Below the pieces are notes generated by a model. The model ran no database searches. It had not been told where the DNA came from and worked only from the letters and a program-made list of their open reading frames with translations. From assembly GCF_964355755.1 (NCBI RefSeq), contig NC_092680.1, positions 3,410,001 through 3,474,000 on the forward strand: a DNA stretch of 64,000 nucleotides, read 5' to 3'. The stretch comes from Antedon mediterranea. Its lineage: Eukaryota > Animalia > Echinodermata. This document shows, piece after piece, positions 39,437 through 52,909 of this stretch (position 1 is the stretch's first letter; each line of letters begins with the position of its first letter). Both the position numbers and the translations under genes were made by a program.

Positions 39437-40588
39437 TTTATCGTCTAGTAGGCCTACTGTGAAACATATAAATAGGTGGTACTGGTTTTAAAATTGGACC
39501 TAAAAATAGTTATATTTTTCGTTTTAAAATCTTTGTTTTACTAAAGTTTTGTTTTCCGACCGCCTTTATATTATGAAGTACTATCCATTGTTTCATAAGT
39601 TAGTCATTGTTTTGTTGATTTCGCTCCTTTTTTTGATCATCCGCGCCTTAATAGCTGCCATTTGGATAAGAATCTTTTCCAAGACATTAACGATGTTTTA
39701 ACATCTTTCGATTCTTAGCATCCTAACGCGTTATCAACCGATTTTAGTTTTTTGGCAGACTTTCCTAAATATTAAAGCGACAAACTGCGTCGTAGAATAG
39801 AGCGATGACTAAAAATCCGCGTATTGTGTGCGCGCGTGTAGGCATATAAATTATAAAACGCATTGTCTTACAGAAAATCACTAATATTCAGAAAGACGAT
39901 GTTTGTTAAATTGTATTTCTGACTTTAAATATTGTAAAAAAAAATATTATTTTGTTAAAACTGGTAACTGACTCTTTAAAATTAAGGAGTCTGAGTGACG
40001 ACATCGGCTTCGCCTCACTGCAGCCTCCACGAGAAAGCTAAATCCCCCACTAATGATAATCGTTTTGTTTTTATCTCCTCTGTGTCTGTCGCATCCAAGC
40101 GCGATTTGTGATGGTAAATTACGACTGCATTACGCGAGCAACGCGAGGTGATACAGCTCAATCTATGATATTATGCCGTGTTTTAAGCTAAAGGGATTTA
40201 TTGAAATACGTTGTACTTTGTACTTTTCCACAATGGCAAATTGAATGCTGGTTTCATGAAATATTGTGTACATTCTAATTATTGATACGTTTTGTGTGAA
40301 AAAGATACATTAAGATGAAAGCAATGGAAAAGACCGATTGAATATAATAATGATCATTTTATTGTTACTGATTCGGTAATGATAATGAATTCGTATTCAA
40401 TATAGCGCGTAATTACTCAGTCTCATGGGTTTGATGATACAAAACAAGAATAGACTAGGTAACACACTATATAACGATGTATAATTCATTCAATATGATG
40501 GCGTATACTAATACATAAATATATTACAGGCCGAGTAGGCATATAGCGTATGTTTCACTACATTTTCGTAAAATAGCGAACTGTATAA

Positions 40589-40869
40589 AGTTCTATCTAC
40601 CTATCAAACTTTATGTGACAAAAAAAGTGTGATGTAGGCCTACCCAAATGGTAGTGATGTGCTCAAATATGGTAGTGCTATGACATCATCGAATGAATGT
40701 ATAAGCTCTGTCTACACTCAAACTAGTTTGACCAAAAAAGTGTGATGTGACCAAATAATATTATGGTAATGATATGACCATATTATGGTAATGATATGAC
40801 ATAATCATATCCATATATGTGCATATCACATTTTGTTGTCACATAAAGTTTGAGAGTGTAGACAGTACT
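40589..40869. mobile_element. Two adjacent MITE family B copies (partial 40589-40690, full 40704-40869)
   Basis: Both start with the family B TIR. The second ends tttgagagtgtagacagtact|taa. The first carries a TAGGCCTA insertion at 40635. Confidence 0.85.
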
Positions 40870-42099
40870 TAAAACAAGTTTTAATTGGTATTCAACATTC
40901 CATTTTGTATGAAATAACCCGATTCCCTCAAATTGTGTGGCTGTTCCCTTTTTCCTACACATTACGCGCCTGATAAAATACAACGTAGGCCTACACAACC
41001 AGTATTTCCGACTTTTATTACTGGTTACCGTATTCTATATATTCGTATTACATATTAATATGGCCTTCTACGTCAGATCAGAGCGTTATTGTTGATGAAA
41101 ACATTGCTAGCGGAGTTTGCGCTCTCCTGAGAAATTCACGTTGACGTTCGCAAACAGGTTGTCGGTGGTTGCTTATTGTTACAAAGGTAATTAATTTGAC
41201 CGAAGAGCAATCAATCGAATCCCGGAGGAGATTATCATCAGTTGGAAGTCGTCGTATCAAGTTTTTGAGATCTGCCGATTGTTTGACATATCATCACCAT
41301 CGAACGTGAGCGATGATGATGAAGAAGAGAGTAACTGGGAGGAAGGGAGTGGTTGTGGCGTCATATGATTGATCACGAATAGGATGTTTATTAAAGAGGG
41401 AGTGGTGTGGTCGCGGTGTGGTTGGCGGAGAAGAGTTGATGTTGGTCTCACGGAAATTGGTGACAACAAAGATGAAGGTAACGGCGATAGGGAGCCGTAC
41501 ACAGCAGATAAACGATAGAAGATACAGAAGGAGTACACAAACAGATAGTACAGGGATTTATTTCGAAAAATGCCCAAAATATCTATATAATAATAATATA
41601 TATTTGTATTTCAATTATTATGCGATAATAATATGACTATAATTTATGCACATATATTGCTTTGTATCATCTTATAGAGTCAAAGTAATAAGTTTTTTCG
41701 AAAATTAAATAAAAGGGAAGACATTTTTAGGAAAAATCCCTGTAGGCCTACTATGCAAAGGAGTCATGTCAAGCAACGGCGCAGTAGAGAGTGGTGATGC
41801 CATAGAAGACATACTGACAGGAGAAAAAGTGCTGGTGTCGTGTCGCACTAGCAAAACAATATATTGCTATTTTTATCATAATCGTTTGTTCCGGTTTTCT
41901 TGTTTCGAGTTGTTCTTAATTTTTAAGTGTCAGCTATTTCACTATTCCTGCGTGACGTTTAACTTTTTTAACTATAGGCCTATAGTATGCAAATGATTTA
42001 ACATCGTTCTACCTGTCTTCATAAATATCACTAAATAGTAACATTTAGGTTTAATTTGATGGATCGGAAAGTTTTCGAAGTTTGTTTTATACAGGCAGG

Positions 42100-42315
42100 C
42101 ATTATTGGTGGCGCATTATGTCACATTGCATTGTTATTGTTTACGGGCGTATTTGCATACGGTATCAGGTGAAGCATTATATGAAGTAGGCTGCGTGAGT
42201 GTTGTTTCAGCAGAAGCATTTTTAGTTGTTGTCTAAGTAAGTATATAAAGACTAATTTTAAAATTGCGTGTATCATTTCTTTTCGTTACACTTAACTTCC
42301 AACGCACAGGTAAGG
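42100..42315 (+). promoter_or_regulatory. Candidate Pol II promoter with a non-coding first exon
   Basis: Within ~85 bp: ATTGG (CCAAT), CATTGTT (Sox), TGTTTAC (Fox), ATTTGCAT (octamer), CAGGTG (E box) and TATA-like TATATGAA. Strong donor CAG|GTAAGG follows at 42309/42310. Confidence 0.35.
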
Positions 42316-43095
42316 AATAAAAATGTTATGATTGATGTTTAACGACATATATAGATAACTTCACAATTACAATCACAAGTCCATTATTGATGACAGCCAT
42401 TACCTGGACGTTGATTAATGATAGCTAATTATGATAAATATCACAGTGCCGTGTCTTTATCACATATGACAATATTTGTTCAGTATCATAGAACAATTCA
42501 TAATACAGCATCCCATGTGTATCACATGTGGTTCTGTTGCATTTGACGCCACGCATTCCTGTTTATTTTTTCCATATTATTGGGTTTTGTCGATTTTTAT
42601 TCAGATGTGAAAATGAAACATCATAATGCCTATAAATTACTCACGTGACGCATCAATCGGTATCTATAAATCGCACTTCTTTCGCGCGTCGTCGAATTTA
42701 CATTTTTTTGTACCACAGTTAAACCTCGATTAAGCTATATCTGTGATGATTTCCCGCGGGAACATTGTACCCGCATGCTTGAACGCGCCTCAAGGGCTTT
42801 GCCACGAAATCGTCTGACTAAGGATATTCCTGCCTTCACTAAGTTTTGGGAACCGACTAATTTTGATTAAATTGGGAGTCTTTTCCCGTGAGGTTATGGA
42901 ATACGAAATGTTTTTACAAGATGATCATCAACGCATTGTAACATATATGATATGTCCCAATGCGTTCACGTCTAAACCTTATAAACGAATACGTTATGCT
43001 ATGAAATTAAATAGCCTATGCTTTATTCCTTAGGATGTCAAGTAAACCCACACGTGGTAATTATAATTCTACAGTAAATGTTAACGTATACTTAA

Positions 43096-43323
43096 AGCTC
43101 TGTCTACACTATCAAACTTTATGTTACAAAAAATGTTATGTGGCTATATATATATGAACACGATGATGTCGTATCACTGCCATATTTGGGCAAATCACAT
43201 TTTTACAGATCACTATGTCGGTCGGTCGGTAAGCACTAACTCAAATTTGAGCACCCGATTGCAGCCATGTAGGCCTATATGGCCTTAGTTTGTTACATAA
43301 AGTTGGATAGTGTAGACATTGCT
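43096..43323. mobile_element. MITE family B interrupted by a HINE-like fragment
   Basis: Family B TIRs at both ends, with foreign sequence inserted in the internal T run. Confidence 0.85.
43205..43288 (+). mobile_element. Helentron-associated (HINE/DINE-1-like) fragment
   Basis: (GTCG)n microsatellite and a 3' palindrome gccatgta[ggccta]tatggcc followed by ttagtt. Inserted in a T run with no TSD. Confidence 0.6.
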
Positions 43324-43359
43324 TTACAATCATTGTCGAGGCATAGCCTATACTATACT

Positions 43360-43690
43360 ATATAGTATACTATATTATATAACACCTATATAAATTCCTG
43401 TCATTTGATTGGACGAATGTGGGTCACATGGCGTGCAATAGTACGCACTATTCAACGATCGTTAAATAGTACTTTTTGAAACATTTTTTCAATTAACTAG
43501 AATTTATTTAGATGTTATATAAAACAAATAATGAATGTTTTGTATTCGTGTAATGGTACAAAAATGGCACTTGGTGAATGATGAAAGGTTATATCAACTC
43601 GGCTTTGCCTCGTTGATATAACCTTTCATCATTCACCTCGTGCCATTATTTGTACCATTGCACTCATAAACATTCATTATTTGTATACTA
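43360..43690 (+). mobile_element. Family D element with a long subterminal hairpin (superfamily uncertain)
   Basis: ~75-bp inverted arms 43524-43684 around the loop tcggctttgcctc. tatactata on both flanks. Related copy at 21688. Confidence 0.75.
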
Positions 43691-44394
43691 TACTATAAAG
43701 ATTTTAGAATTCAATTCTAACTGTAAAATGTTCGCATAGTTGAATATAGCGTTGACGGAAAACTATTTTACTTTTTTATTCGTTTAATTTTGACAACTTT
43801 TGTTTCAAAATTATTTTGTATGCTTATGGTAAATCATATCCGCACTGGAAAAGGGTCCAGAACATCTTGTCATTTTAGAATGTTAGATTATTTGACATAT
43901 TTTGCTTTCAATAGACAGATCAATTTTATATCAATTTTGTATAAACCTATAATTTGTAACCGTGGTAAAATAATGAGTAACATAAATAACAAGAAAAAAA
44001 CGAAGCGGAATGTGACGCGTTTGTAGCAGTTATTATGTTCTAAGGTGTTGGTATTCTAATGAATGTAATTAATGGATGATCAGATTATTCAAAGCCTTTA
44101 TTAAGATAATTTACGATCATAAATTGTGAATGGATTTAGTAGTCCTTGAGTGGGGGCCGGGAATTGAACACTTGCACGCGCTGGATCACATGACATCCAA
44201 CACGTCAACAAAAGTTCAATCAAGATCTGCCATGGAGCTAATGAAACTGATTTTGTGTTTTAGTTAATTTGTTATCACTCCATTGTAACTTAGATAAACT
44301 TCAAGGCAGTTTTAATAATTCAGCAATGAATAATCCATAACGATTAGTGTAGCTAAATTAGCATCTATTTTTCAGTCGTTGATGTTCGTCTTTA

Positions 44395-44458
44395 TGGTCG
44401 TGTATGTTCGTGTTTATGTTCGTGTTATGTTCGTGTTTATGTTCGTGTATGTTCGTTT
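44395..44458. repeat. 10-12-bp tandem repeat (gtgtttatgttc)n
   Basis: Direct inspection. Confidence 0.85.
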
Positions 44459-44645
44459 TTAATTCGCATATCTTGCTGTTTACGAACAACCATATCACAT
44501 AATATTGCTCATTTCGGAAAGTGATGTAATAATCGATTTATATATAAAACCTTTTTTATTTATACTGTAAGCTATAGTGAATACCATTTGAGGCCTCTGT
44601 TTGGCATTCAATCAATCAATTCTGTTAATAGTTAATTGTTTATCT

Positions 44646-44708
44646 ATGAAAATCGGACCAGAAAATATGAAAATTGGACCCGAGACTTTGAACATCGGAC
44701 CAGAGATT
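44646..44708. repeat. 21-bp tandem repeat, 3 copies
   Basis: tgaaaatcggaccagaaaata and variants. Confidence 0.75.
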
Positions 44709-45654
44709 TTTGTCTTATTACTGTATATTACGAACTTTCTATCTATGGACTTCATCGGTCAGTCATATATATTTATTTCAATTTTATTTGATTAAACTCT
44801 GTTAAAAAAGGTCACAAAAGACATAGTTATTAGGTGAAAGACAGAGTGAACTTTTGCTTCTATGGAATATGGATATAAAGGGTTATAATAGGACTATAAT
44901 TGTAATTATCGAATTCATACAATGCAGAATCGTTTAATTATCATGGGTACAATACCCCCCAAAGTACATAAAGCCTATTTTGTATGTTATTACCCACCCA
45001 TAAACTAGCAGAGACAAAATGACAACCGACGATTTCAATTCATCTATTTTGTAATCGCTTCTTCGTTATCGACTATCTTGTCCTTCTAACTACTCAGCTA
45101 AATTAAGTAATTTGTGTACTTTAGTCTATGAAAAAAGAAGTACCATTACAGTTAAGTACAATTAGTAATTGTTATACCAGTAAGAAATACATATAACATG
45201 GAATATTATGTACCCAGAGCTCCATTATTAAGATTACTCGGGTAAAATATATGTTTGTCGATTGCATTGATGTTTAAGCAATGTTAAACGGCTGGTAAAC
45301 AACCAGAAAATAATATACTCTAAAACTATACCGTTTAAAAGTTATTAAAAATAAGCCCGTGCTTAGCAGATCATTTGCACGTTTTATTGTTATAATTCCG
45401 GGTTTTTTTTAATCGAAGTGTTACTTAATTTTCATATAATACGCTTTATAAAGTGCACTTGGTGTATGTCGTTATATACCGTATGAGATGTTTTAAGATA
45501 TATGTTATTAACAAAGTCTGACAGCATGTTTCCTTAAAGGTGATTCGAGAAGTTTTCTTCTCCTTAAACTTTTTTTTTTGGGTGGGGGCTATATTCTCCT
45601 AACTTTAGAATATCTTTCACTTAAAAGGGTACAAAAACGTATTTATTTATTCAT

Positions 45655-46060
45655 TTACTCTTGCCAAAATATATGATAACTACCAACAAGCCCTTGAAGA
45701 ATTACATTAATTTAGAAACCCTTCCTCAACGTAGGACCAACCTGTGCATAAGTTTTGCAAAAAATGTAAGCAAAATGAATGTTGTAACCATTACTATACC
45801 ACAATCAAAAAATGTTTCATCATGCAACTAAAGAATTAAAAGAAATACAAAATCCCTGTCGCAAAAACTAAAAGATTTAAAAATATTGTTGTCCTCTTTG
45901 ATGAAATTATTAGAAAATAGTAGTAAGTAAATACATTAAATATTGGTGTACAACCTATATTGGTTTGTATACATTTCATCTTTGTAAATGTTGATTATGT
46001 TTTTATTGTTCTATATTTTGTAAAGAATACGCCAATTCGGAACTTATTGTCATGCCTTTA
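45655..46060 (+). mobile_element. Degraded ORF2 C-terminus and 3' UTR of an L2/CR1-group LINE
   Basis: Frameshifted translation YQQALEEL..LETLPQRRTNLCISFAK...KYKIPVAKTKRFKN...MKLLEN fits the Y..AL..L.L.TL..RR..LC..FA.K...T.R..NS..P...LLN ending of these LINEs. Confidence 0.75.
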
Positions 46061-46772
46061 TATTTTATTTTTACTTTATTCTGCTCTTTTTATGACTAAA
46101 ACATTAAGTTAATTTATTGTCAGCGTCCTCAAAATTAAAATTATGATTATTATTGAAGCCAATCAAATTTAACCAAGCAGGGGTTCTTTTTAACGCTGGC
46201 ACCGCCAGTTAATCATACATGTTGTCCCCTTGAATTGTTAAATTGTGAAATTTACATCATTACTATCGTCATACACAAATAGGCCTACTATACATCATCA
46301 ACACAACACACAATTAGATATCTTCATGTAAGAGAACCACTATTACAATAACATTAATAGTAATTTTTAAGTAATAAAACATTTTGATAGTTTGTGATGC
46401 CGTGCGTGTAGGCTACGCTAGCTCAGGTATAGTTTGACCAGATGACTACGCTGCTGTCATTACAAAATAATGACCGCGTGGTGTTATTACCTGCAACCTT
46501 GTTATGAAATTGGTATCGTTTTTCCATCTTCCAGTATTAGATTTTCAAGCATTATGTTTGTCATTACTCGCTTATTTATTATTCGTTTTCCGTATTTTTT
46601 TTTTTTTTTTTTGGTGAGTCGATTTATATAGACCTAAACGCACTACTAATCTTAGCCCTATACCAATTTCGCATTCGTTGTCATTATGTTATTACAGTAG
46701 TATTAGATGTAATCATGGAAAAATAAGCAGCCTACCGATTTATATCCATGAAATAATCAAAGTTTCTTTCTA

Positions 46773-46930
46773 AGCTCTTTTTACACTATCAAACTAGTTT
46801 GTGTGTGCTCAAATATGGTAGTGATATGCCCACATATGCCCTATACTATAGGCTATAGTAGTGATATGACATCATCGTGTCCATACATGGGCACATCACA
46901 TTTCTTTTGTCACATAAAGTTTGATTATTA
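46773..46930 (-). mobile_element. MITE family B, degenerate copy
   Basis: agctctttttacactatcaaactagtttg...gggcacatcacatttcttttgtcacataaagtttgat. Confidence 0.82.
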
Positions 46931-47296
46931 TAACTTCATTTTTCTTTATCCTAATTTTAGCGCTTTATTTTTAAGTTAGTAAATTTGAGCAAAATAAAAC
47001 TGGAGTAGGGCACATTATCTTACAATAATAATATATGATTCAATGCACTATAGCTAATATACAGTTATCACTATGCTTGATACCAAATTATTGCGGGGAA
47101 AACAAGCTAAATTAAAATGAAACAACCAATCTCAACGCTGTTCAGTTTTCAATTAGGTTTTGATACACATTTTCCAATAATTATAATAGACGAAAATGAT
47201 GTATATTTTAAAGTGACGTTATTCTTTGCGGCCTCTCAAGTATTGGAAAGCTATATAAAATATAAATAATTAAACTCAATAAGCGTGTATGTTTAT

Positions 47297-48000
47297 TTTA
47301 CATACTGTGATTATCTATAACATGGTGCGCTGCAACACGTGTATTCATACTGCGATTATCTATAACATGGTGCGCTGCAACACGTGTATTCATATTGAGA
47401 TTATCTATAACATGGTGCGCTGCAACACGTGTATTCCTATTGCGATTATCTATAACATGGTGCGCTGCAACACGTGTATTCATACTGCGATTATCTATAA
47501 CATGGTGCGCTGCAACACGTGTATTCATACTGCGATTATCTATAACATGGTGCGCTGCGCAACACGTGTATTCATACTGCGATTATCTATAACATGGTGC
47601 GCTGCAACGCGTGTATTCATACTGCGATTATCTATAACATGGTGCGCTGCAATACGTGTATTCATATTGCGATTATCTATAACATGGTGCGCTGCAACAC
47701 GTGTATTCATATTGTGATTATCTATAACATGGTGCGCTGCAACACGTATATTCATACTGCGATTATCTATAACATGGTGCGCTGCAACGCGTGTATTCAT
47801 ACTGCGATTATCTATAACATGGTGCGCTGCAACGCGTGTATTCATACTGCGATTATCTATAACATGGTGCGCTGCAACGCGTGTATTCATACTGCGATTA
47901 TCTATAACATGGTGCGCTGCAACGAGTATTCATATTGAGATTATCTATAACATGGTGCGCTGCAACACGTGTATTCATATTGCGATTATCTATAACATGG
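47297..48000. repeat. 45-bp minisatellite, ~15-16 copies
   Basis: Unit gtgtattcatactgcgattatctataacatggtgcgctgcaacac. Explains the five repetitive ORFs at 47289-47938. Confidence 0.97.
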
Positions 48001-49709
48001 TTTTATATTCTAATGCAATGCAGAAAATATGAAATGTTGTTGAGAAAAAGACGAAATACTCTAGAAAATGTTAAAAAATAAATCGGAAATGATAGTAAAA
48101 CTATTGTGCCAGAAAGATAAGGAAATTGATAATATTCATATATAATATTCATTCATGTTAATTCTATATTTTGCCGTATTTTGTTTCTATAAATAAGCTT
48201 AATGCTTTGCGTGTATTCCGAATTTAGCACAACAAATTAAAATTAGTCCGTGCTGCATGTCTACTAACAACAGTTTTGGCTTTTTCCCTCGTTCTTGTCT
48301 TAATGGCGTAATCTTCCCAAGGACAATGGTAAATATATACATTTTATCCGGTAACTTGTAAATAAGATTTGCTTTCAGACGAATGTACATACAACGTCAT
48401 TGATGTAATCAGCAAACGACCACGGTGAACGTAATGTGTGTACTAATGGACAACATTAGACGTAACCCATGTGGACAGCACAGTTGGGAATATAAAAACT
48501 ACACCGACCTATTATAATAACTGCATCTTTATCTCTATAATTGTATAGACATAGGTTGTTTGTTTTTTTAATTTATACGTAACTTTACTTTCTATGGATC
48601 ACAGATTTCAAAATCAAAGATTGAATGAATAATAATATAATTTAAACCTTTTAACTGAATTATATAAAAAGATAATTCAATAATTTGATAACGAATTAAC
48701 AATCAGTAGTATCCATTGGAAGGAATAACATGACGATTTTAAAATAATATTATGTTCTAAAAATATTGAGTGTTAGATAACCTCATTAACAAAAAAAACA
48801 TACATAGTACAGAACTTCCATCTACATTGAGAGTTCGGCCAATGACAAACGAGTTGGAAGTGCGCCCTCACATGCCAATTCTATACGTTGTGGTCAAAGA
48901 TCTTTGGTTTTGGTTCACTTCTTGCGTCTAGTTAACGCACATCAGCTTATCGCGCGCCAAGTGTTAGGGCATTCACTCATTACGCATGTCCTGATTCGCC
49001 AAAAAGAGCTTCAAAGCTCACCATTAGATATTTAGCGTGTTATAATAAGAAAAATAAGGATGGTTACACCATCTACAGGAACTATTACTACATTTACAAG
49101 CATATGATTTTGTATGTGACCTATTCCAAGTGTGCATCTACTATGGCAAGCCATAGTATGAATTGGGGACTTTTGGCGGACTTGGCTTGCCATAATATAC
49201 CATTTCCTTCTCATCAACAAATCACAGAGCAAAGATTAAGATTATTTTTTTCATCTAATAATAATCAGAGCAAATGTTTTTTGTCTTAACATTTAAAATT
49301 CGATATGAAACATGAGTATTAACTCGCACTTTTTATGATGTTGATATACAAGACACGAATTGTGGATTTAGGATTTTAGTTACTTATTCCAGTGTTAATC
49401 AAATTGACACCTTCTAACCTTACTGTTGTTTTACCAGTTACCTTCAGTCTTTAGGCCTGCCACCCATCGAGCATTATGTTATGTGAATTGACGCGAAATA
49501 AAGCGTTGTCGCCCCGGGGACTTTGGTGCTTAAAGTTGATATGTTGGTATGCACCCTGGCCTACGGATGTTCTTTCTACTTTGATTGTTGTAACCTGTTG
49601 CACTTTCTATTTTCTAGCCAGTAGGATGCAGCTATAGTGTAAAGGTTGATATCATAGCAAACTACAGTTTTCCCCTATTTGCTATTTACAGTTTAGAGGC
49701 GCTATTAAT

Positions 49710-50012
49710 TTGTTCCACTAGGCCTACTACTACTAGTCGCGCAACACAAGGACGTAATCGCAACGCGCCGCGATTAAGCTTGGTTCCCACTAGATCGCAA
49801 CGCAACGACGCAAGTGCTGTATTGCGTAATCACAAGTGGGAACCGACGACGCAACAGTGCTGCAAACATCGCAGGTTTGATTTCACGCAGGTGGGGGCAT
49901 TAGTGGAAGAGCATTTTCCTACGTTGCGTTACGTTCCATCGCTAGTGGGAACCAAACTTTAGTCACAATTACTTGCGCTGCACTTACGTTGCGTTCTAGT
50001 GGGAACCAAGCT
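49710..50012. mobile_element. Nested pair of related Harbinger-like MITEs (family E)
   Basis: Inner element 49777-49958: TTA|AGCTTGGTTCCCACTAG...CTAGTGGGAACCAAACT|TTA. Outer element: eroded left arm at ~49710-49770 and intact right TIR ctagtgggaaccaagct ending at 50012. Confidence 0.82.
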
Positions 50013-50467
50013 TATGATCGCGCCGTGAGGGTCAGTTTTATTACCGTTGTGGGAGCGGGATGGTCACTTGTCGCTCTTTCAACCACCAACCTGTTTATCG
50101 AAGTTCAGACATAAGGGCAAATTTAAAAACCTTTATGTAACCTCGCCCAGGGACCTGTCTATCATGACTGTGCTTTATCCATATAGGCTTTGCTTTATTT
50201 CTTTTCTAAAGTCACCCTCTAATCCGAGTGATTTTAGGAAATTACGTTAATAGTTGCTGTGTGGTTGATTTAATTGTTCGGGTACAGAGTGATTAGTAGT
50301 TGAATAGAGAAACATTATGTGTAAAATTAACGCTATACGACGAGTGATTGTTCTCATTATAATGCGTTTAGCTGACCCGTTCACGAATACCGATTAGTGA
50401 TTGTCAAGTTATGGTGACCATCTTACTACCATGCTATACTGTACTACTGTCGCACTGTAACCTATAA

Positions 50468-50640
50468 AGGCCAATTTACACAGACAAGCGGTGACGGTAA
50501 TACACAATAGAATCTTATTCCTTATAACCATTTACACACAACGCGAAGCGGACAGGCAGTTTCCGCTCAGGATAGATACAGATTCTACATGGGACAAGCT
50601 ACGCGGTTTATATTTACCGCTCGTCTGTGTAAATTGGCCT
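50468..50640. mobile_element. MITE family F, PIF/Harbinger-like
   Basis: TAA|AGGCCAATTTACACAGACAAGCGGT ... ACCGCTCGTCTGTGTAAATTGGCCT|TAA. 25-bp TIR with one mismatch. Confidence 0.9.
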
Positions 50641-51529
50641 TAAGGTTTATGGCAAATAGCTTGATTTCGCGAGGAACGTCATCATTCCACAATTCATGAT
50701 GGAAAAGGTTTTGGAGCAAACGTCACGACGCGTAGGCCCACAACAAATCACGTACGTACGCGTCGTGACGTTTACTCCGATCCCAAACGGGCACGATATT
50801 TGCGATAAACCTTGGTAGGCTAAATCCTGCAATTAACTTCGTAAATAATGACATTCAGTCCTAATTGTTTTCATTTTCCAGCCTAAATGTGTTTTTGTTT
50901 GTAGGCCTACAAAAAGCTACATGGATATAGTATTTGCCGCCACGAAGATTAAATATAAGTCCCAAACTACATTGTTTATTATAGACTTTTGACGTAACAC
51001 TAATATTAAATAAACTAAACAAAATATACTAATTCGCCTTTTGGATTTACAGTAAGTATTCAGCGTGTTGCCGCAATTTCATGAAGATTTTTGACGATGA
51101 AAATACTTGGTTTTCGTCTCCCCAACAACGGAAGCCGGTCGAAACGATCCGGTTTTACTCCCTTCATTCGACCTTAACTAGTTTTCATTTTTGTCTAGGC
51201 CTAGTTGTTGGTGCATTAGTATAAATATTAACAGTTATTTTGATTGAAGAGTAATGGTTGTTTTATCAGTGACTACCTGGGTTTACTGTATCTTTCTGTG
51301 CACACTAAAAATGTGTTTATTCATTAGTACAATTCAGGTACCGTATTTTTACGTAGGCCTAGTTGGTAAGTTACGGTACCACTGTTTCCTGTTGCAGAAT
51401 ACCTGTCTTGTTATATCGTATCCTCTATTTTTCCTCCTGAATGTTGTGGTGTAGACACAATCAAATAACATTTCTGAAGCTCTGTCTACACTATCAAACT
51501 TTATGTGACAAAGAAATGTGCTCATATAT

Positions 51530-52909
51530 TTTTTTTTTTATCTTATGTGGGTTCATCCCACTTTTATTTCCATACCACTGTTCTCTTTACACATATTTTT
51601 CACTATACACTAATACATATCATTATATTTACAATGTTTGTTTAATCATCTGTATACATATACTTATTTAAAGAGTTTTATTCATTTGTTTACATATTAT
51701 CACATTGATTACATAGCTTCCTCTTTTTAAACATATTATCTGTAACACATTTTCATTAACAAGCTTATTTTTTTCTTACATAGTTGTTTTTGATTTTTTC
51801 ATCTACCACATTTTCATTTAACAATGCATATTCTCTGTTATACTCATTACTTACTATATGTTTACTGTTAACATAATATTGTTCTCATTCTTTAACCTTA
51901 ATATTAATATTTTTGTTCTTTAATGTTTACAAAACTTTTATTTCCAGCAGATCTTTTTTTGCATCTATAACTTCTTAAATTTTCATTTAACTTTTTTACA
52001 TTCTTCTCTTATGTGGATTCATTCCACTTTTTTTTTTTTCTTATTTCCATATATTATTTTGTTTATACATACATTATCATTTAACCACATTGATTACATG
52101 GTTTCCTCTTTTTATACATATTATCTATAACACATTTTCATTAACAAAGCTTATTTTTTTCTTACATAGTTGTTTTGTTTTTTTTTTCATCTACATGCAT
52201 ATTTATTTCATACAATTATAATACGTTTATGTTTAATAAATCCATCCCATGGGTTTGTCCCATTTTATTTTTCTTTGGATTTATCTATGCAAACATATTT
52301 TCATTTAAACAATGCTTATTCTCTGTTATACTAATTACTTACAAACTTTTTACTGTTAACATTATATTTTCCTCATCCTTTAACATTGATTTTTTTTTTG
52401 ATCTTTAAATGTTTACAAAATTTATTTCCAACAGATTATCCTTTTTTGCATCTAGTATAACCCATCAAAGTTTCATTTAACTTTTTTTTTCCTATGTGGG
52501 TTCATTCAATTATTTTTTTTTTACTTATTATTTATTCTATTATTTTTTCATACATACATTATCATTTAACAACATTTGTGTTTAATGATCCATTAAAAAA
52601 ATTAGAATTTTTTTTTTCTTTTTAACCATTTTTTCATTTCAAAATTCCACATGCAGTAAGAATGTGCAAATTACATATATACGGTATATACCTATAATAT
52701 GAAAGCTTTGATGAAAACACTTCACCACTTAAACCTAAACCTTCTTATCCTTCATCATTTTTTTTTATCATCAATCTATAAAAAGCTTTTCACATTTTGT
52801 CTTTTTGTTTTCAAATCATCAAGGTATACATATTTACAAAACATACAATATAGTAGCAAGAAAAAAAAAACATAATAGATTCATCATTCATGGTATCTCT
52901 TTTACATAT
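51530..52909 (-). mobile_element. Retroposed polyadenylated sequence with an internal ~470-bp tandem duplication
   Basis: Flanked by a 15-bp direct repeat AATGTGC(T/C)CATATAT. Minus-strand poly(A) at 51530-51539 with AATAAA about 23 nt upstream. Unit starts tatgtggg/attcat at ~51544, ~52010 and ~52493. Confidence 0.65.

Noticed and set aside
41040-41640. GC-richer block with several 60-106-aa ORFs
   Set aside because: The ORFs overlap on both strands, are low-complexity, resemble no protein family I recognise and lack consistent splice signals.
47289-47938. Five overlapping repetitive ORFs
   Set aside because: Artefact of a 45-bp unit open on both strands and broken by a frameshift.
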